Shown here piece by piece: positions 22,973-26,859 of a stretch of DNA of 26,859 nucleotides. The stretch spans positions 1 through 26,859 of the forward strand of contig JAFWBZ010000402.1 in assembly GCA_017537105.1 (NCBI GenBank), in the 5' to 3' direction. The notes below the pieces were generated by a model. It was not told where the DNA came from. It made no database searches and was given only the letters and a program-made list of their open reading frames with translations. Positions within the stretch are counted from its first letter, which is position 1, and each line of letters opens with the position of its first letter. Position numbers and translations under genes: made by a program. This DNA is from Clostridia bacterium. GTDB taxonomy: Bacteria; Bacillota; Clostridia; Christensenellales; Aristaeellaceae.

Positions 22973-23902
22973 TCAGAGCATCAGGCACGTCTGCCCGTCC
23001 ACCCACGACGCTTGAGGAACATCATGGATGCGGTCTCCCTCCCTGTAGTTCCCGATCAAAAACGGGGATTTGGGGTCGTGAAGCCGACTCTGCGCCAGCA
23101 CCTTTGCGGGCTCCGCGTTTGCGTAGCAATACCTGCAAAGGTGTTTGCAGGTGTTGTATGCGCCGATATCACAGGAAAGGTAGCAGGCGCACTCGGCCCG
23201 CGCGCCCTTCCTCTTTGGGGCGTTCAGGCGTTTGCCGATGGCCTTCTCATAATCGCTGATCCGCATACAGCCGCCGCAGTCTGCGCCGCAGACCGCCAGC
23301 TCATCCCCCTCCGCGCAGGGCTTGACGGTCATGCCGTGGGTCGAGGCGATTTGAATCATTCCCTTCCCCAGGGCCAGCCGCTGTTCCCGGAGAACCTCCC
23401 GCGCTTCCGGGAAATTCCTTCTGACCTTCGGATAGAGGTCAATGAAGCTGATCACTGCGGTTTTTGTGTACCCGTCAAGCGCGGAAGCGATCCGGTCAAA
23501 CGCCCGGAGATGGTAATCAAGGGTATACCGCGCCGAAAGGAAGATCGGATCAAAGCGCCAGCCGATGGAACGGGTGCCAACCGCGTCGGACAGCCTTTTG
23601 AAGTCGTCCAGCAGCCGGTGCTTGTCCGGGACGTTCGGCTCGATATCGCGCCCATAGGGTGTGATCGTGACGAACCAGTACTGGCCGTAATCCTTCAGCA
23701 GATCCATGTGCGGAAACATCGGGGCGGGATTCTTGGTACAGAAGCCGATGACGTCGACGACGGACGGATCGAGGCGGTACCGGCTGACCTGGTTCGGGTC
23801 GTAGGGATTGCGAACGCAGACAAATCCCTCTTTCAGCCGGTTCGCAAACCACTCGGCATAGAAGGCCGGAATATCCGTCCTCTGTCCCGTATTGATGATC
23901 AT
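22973..23902 (-). CDS. DUF1848-like protein with a C-terminal CX3CX2C motif (309 aa)
   Basis: AGGAGG RBS before ATG 23902; MIINTGQRTDIPAFYAEWF, VRNP, FCTKNP, WRFDPI, ISFIDLY, and CACYLSCDIGAYNTCKHLCRYCYAN match the DUF1848 pattern. Confidence 0.8.
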   Translation of the reverse strand: MIINTGQRTDIPAFYAEWFANRLKEGFVCVRNPYDPNQVSRYRLDPSVVDVIGFCTKNPAPMFPHMDLLKDYGQYWFVTITPYGRDIEPNVPDKHRLLDDFKRLSDAVGTRSIGWRFDPIFLSARYTLDYHLRAFDRIASALDGYTKTAVISFIDLYPKVRRNFPEAREVLREQRLALGKGMIQIASTHGMTVKPCAEGDELAVCGADCGGCMRISDYEKAIGKRLNAPKRKGARAECACYLSCDIGAYNTCKHLCRYCYANAEPAKVLAQSRLHDPKSPFLIGNYREGDRIHDVPQASWVDGQTCLML

Positions 23903-24298
23903 ATCGCCGCACCTCCTGTCCTTCTCCGGCTGCGCTTTCATAAGGAGCATGGATCTGATTCCATCCCGGAATCTGCGCAGAGCGGTTCAGCCCGAAAGCC
24001 CTGCCCTTCGCCAATCCCCGGCCGGGCTGTCGGGACGGGACGCCCGGAGAGAGCGATGTCTCCGCCCCCGGTACGCCCATTGAGCACTACGGCTTTCCTT
24101 TGCGAATTCCTCCTTTTGAGAGGTTAACAATTTGTTTTCTTCGCGGGCCCGGCACTGCGGAGCCTCTCCATAAAAGGCCCCGGTATGGCCCTTGGCCACG
24201 GCAAAACACCCCCGGCAGAACTGCTTCCGCCCGCGGCGAAAGCCCTCGAAGAGCGCATTCTCCATTCGTGGGTTTTTCAAAAAATCTCCGCCGGGGTA

Positions 24299-24327
24299 TT
24301 GACAGATCCCCGCCCCGGGAGTATAAT
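24299..24327 (+). promoter_or_regulatory. Consensus sigma-A promoter of the metal-resistance operon
   Basis: TTGACA (24299-24304), 17 nt, TATAAT (24322-24327). Confidence 0.9.
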
Positions 24328-24328
24328 C

Positions 24329-24354
24329 AACATATGAACAGTTGTTCATATGTT
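24329..24354. promoter_or_regulatory. ArsR/SmtB-family 12-2-12 operator
   Basis: AACATATGAACA-GT-TGTTCATATGTT, a perfect inverted repeat over the expected transcription start. This is the canonical SmtB/CadC/CzrA box architecture. Confidence 0.9.
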
Positions 24355-24368
24355 TGGAGGTGAGGCGC

Positions 24369-24725
24369 ATGGAGGAGCGCATCGAGTGCTGTGACGAGCA
24401 CCGCGTGCATCCGGAGATCGTGACGCACGTGAAGCTGGACATGCCGGACGAGGAGCGGCTCTACGACCTGGCGGAGCTGTTCAAGGTGTTCGGCGATTCC
24501 ACGCGCGTTCGCATACTGTACGTGCTGTTCGAGTCGGAGATGTGCGTGTGCGACCTGGCGGAGCTGCTGGGCATGACGCAGTCGGCGATTTCCCACCAGC
24601 TGCGGGTGCTGAAGCAGGCGAAGCTGGTGCGGGCGCGCCGGGAGGGCAAGACGGTGTTCTACTTCCTGGCGGACGATCACGTGCGCACGATCATCGGGCA
24701 GGGCATGGAGCATCTCTGCGAATGA
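24369..24725 (+). CDS. cadC: ArsR/SmtB-family metal-sensing repressor (CadC/ZiaR-like)
   Basis: GGAGG RBS before ATG 24369; CCDEH N-terminus, LFKVFGDSTRVRIL, EMCVCDLAE, TQSAISHQLRVL, and alpha5 site DDHV...EHLCE. Confidence 0.88.
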   Translation: MEERIECCDEHRVHPEIVTHVKLDMPDEERLYDLAELFKVFGDSTRVRILYVLFESEMCVCDLAELLGMTQSAISHQLRVLKQAKLVRARREGKTVFYFLADDHVRTIIGQGMEHLCE

Positions 24726-24772
24726 CGGACCCAATCGGGCGGCGGCCCATGAGAATACAGGAGGGAAGACCG

Positions 24773-24991
24773 ATGAAGAAGACCTACAGGATCGACGTGG
24801 ACTGCGCGAACTGCGCGAATCTGATGGAGGAAGCCGCGAAGAAGACCCCCGGCGTAAAGGACTGCGCGGTGAGCTTCATGACCCTCAGGATGAAGGTCGA
24901 GTTTGAGGACGGCGCGGACGCGGAGCGGGTGATGCAGGACGTGTACGCCAACTGCAAGAAGGTCGAGGCGGACTGCGAAATCGAACTCTGA
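24773..24991 (+). CDS. Stand-alone heavy-metal-associated (HMA) domain protein (72 aa)
   Basis: GGAGGG RBS; MKKTYRIDVDCANCANLMEEAAKKTPGV... carries a CXXC metal-binding motif. Confidence 0.85.
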   Translation: MKKTYRIDVDCANCANLMEEAAKKTPGVKDCAVSFMTLRMKVEFEDGADAERVMQDVYANCKKVEADCEIEL

Positions 24992-25185
24992 ACCATTCGC
25001 GCAAAACCTGTGGATTTTGCGCGAGTGAGGGGGAGCGCGGTTTGCTGAAAACCCTTTGGATTTTCCGGGCGCAAACCTGACAGGCAGGTATTGATTTCCA
25101 GGCGTGACGGACACGATTGGAGCTGCAGCGGCCCCGTCCCCTCGATTCGGACGGGGCCGACCCTTCGACGAAAGGACGATGCGGG

Positions 25186-26859
<1,674 letters not shown>

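Overview
A high-GC window that looks Clostridia-like: AGGAGG ribosome-binding sites (RBS) and near-consensus sigma-A promoters; the taxonomy is an inference. From left to right: (1) the 5' part of a stand-alone rsmG; (2) a small DUF4236-like membrane protein, a secreted peptidoglycan-binding protein and a secreted acidic protein with a Pro/Gly/Met-rich N-terminus; (3) a ThuA-like gene, then a LacI-controlled glycan-use operon encoding a divergent cytoplasmic GH78, a ribose-type (CUT2) ABC transporter, a divergent GH88/105-like protein, LacI and an aldo/keto reductase; (4) an uncharacterised short glycyl radical enzyme (GRE) with its activase and a VOC protein, divergent from a second LacI, with a perfect 24-bp operator; (5) a tightly coupled four-gene operon: MTHFR-like, etfB, etfA and a methyl-THF:corrinoid methyltransferase; (6) a DUF1848-like gene; (7) a cadC, HMA, cadA-type metal efflux operon cut by the window end. 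The two best novelty candidates are the MTHFR/ETF/methyltransferase operon (a possible electron-bifurcating or confurcating methylene-THF reductase) and the sugar-regulated GRE with atypical AACWE and RVWGWSG motifs. No rRNA, tRNA, CRISPR array or transposase was recognised. All product calls come from motifs recognised by eye; no database search was run.
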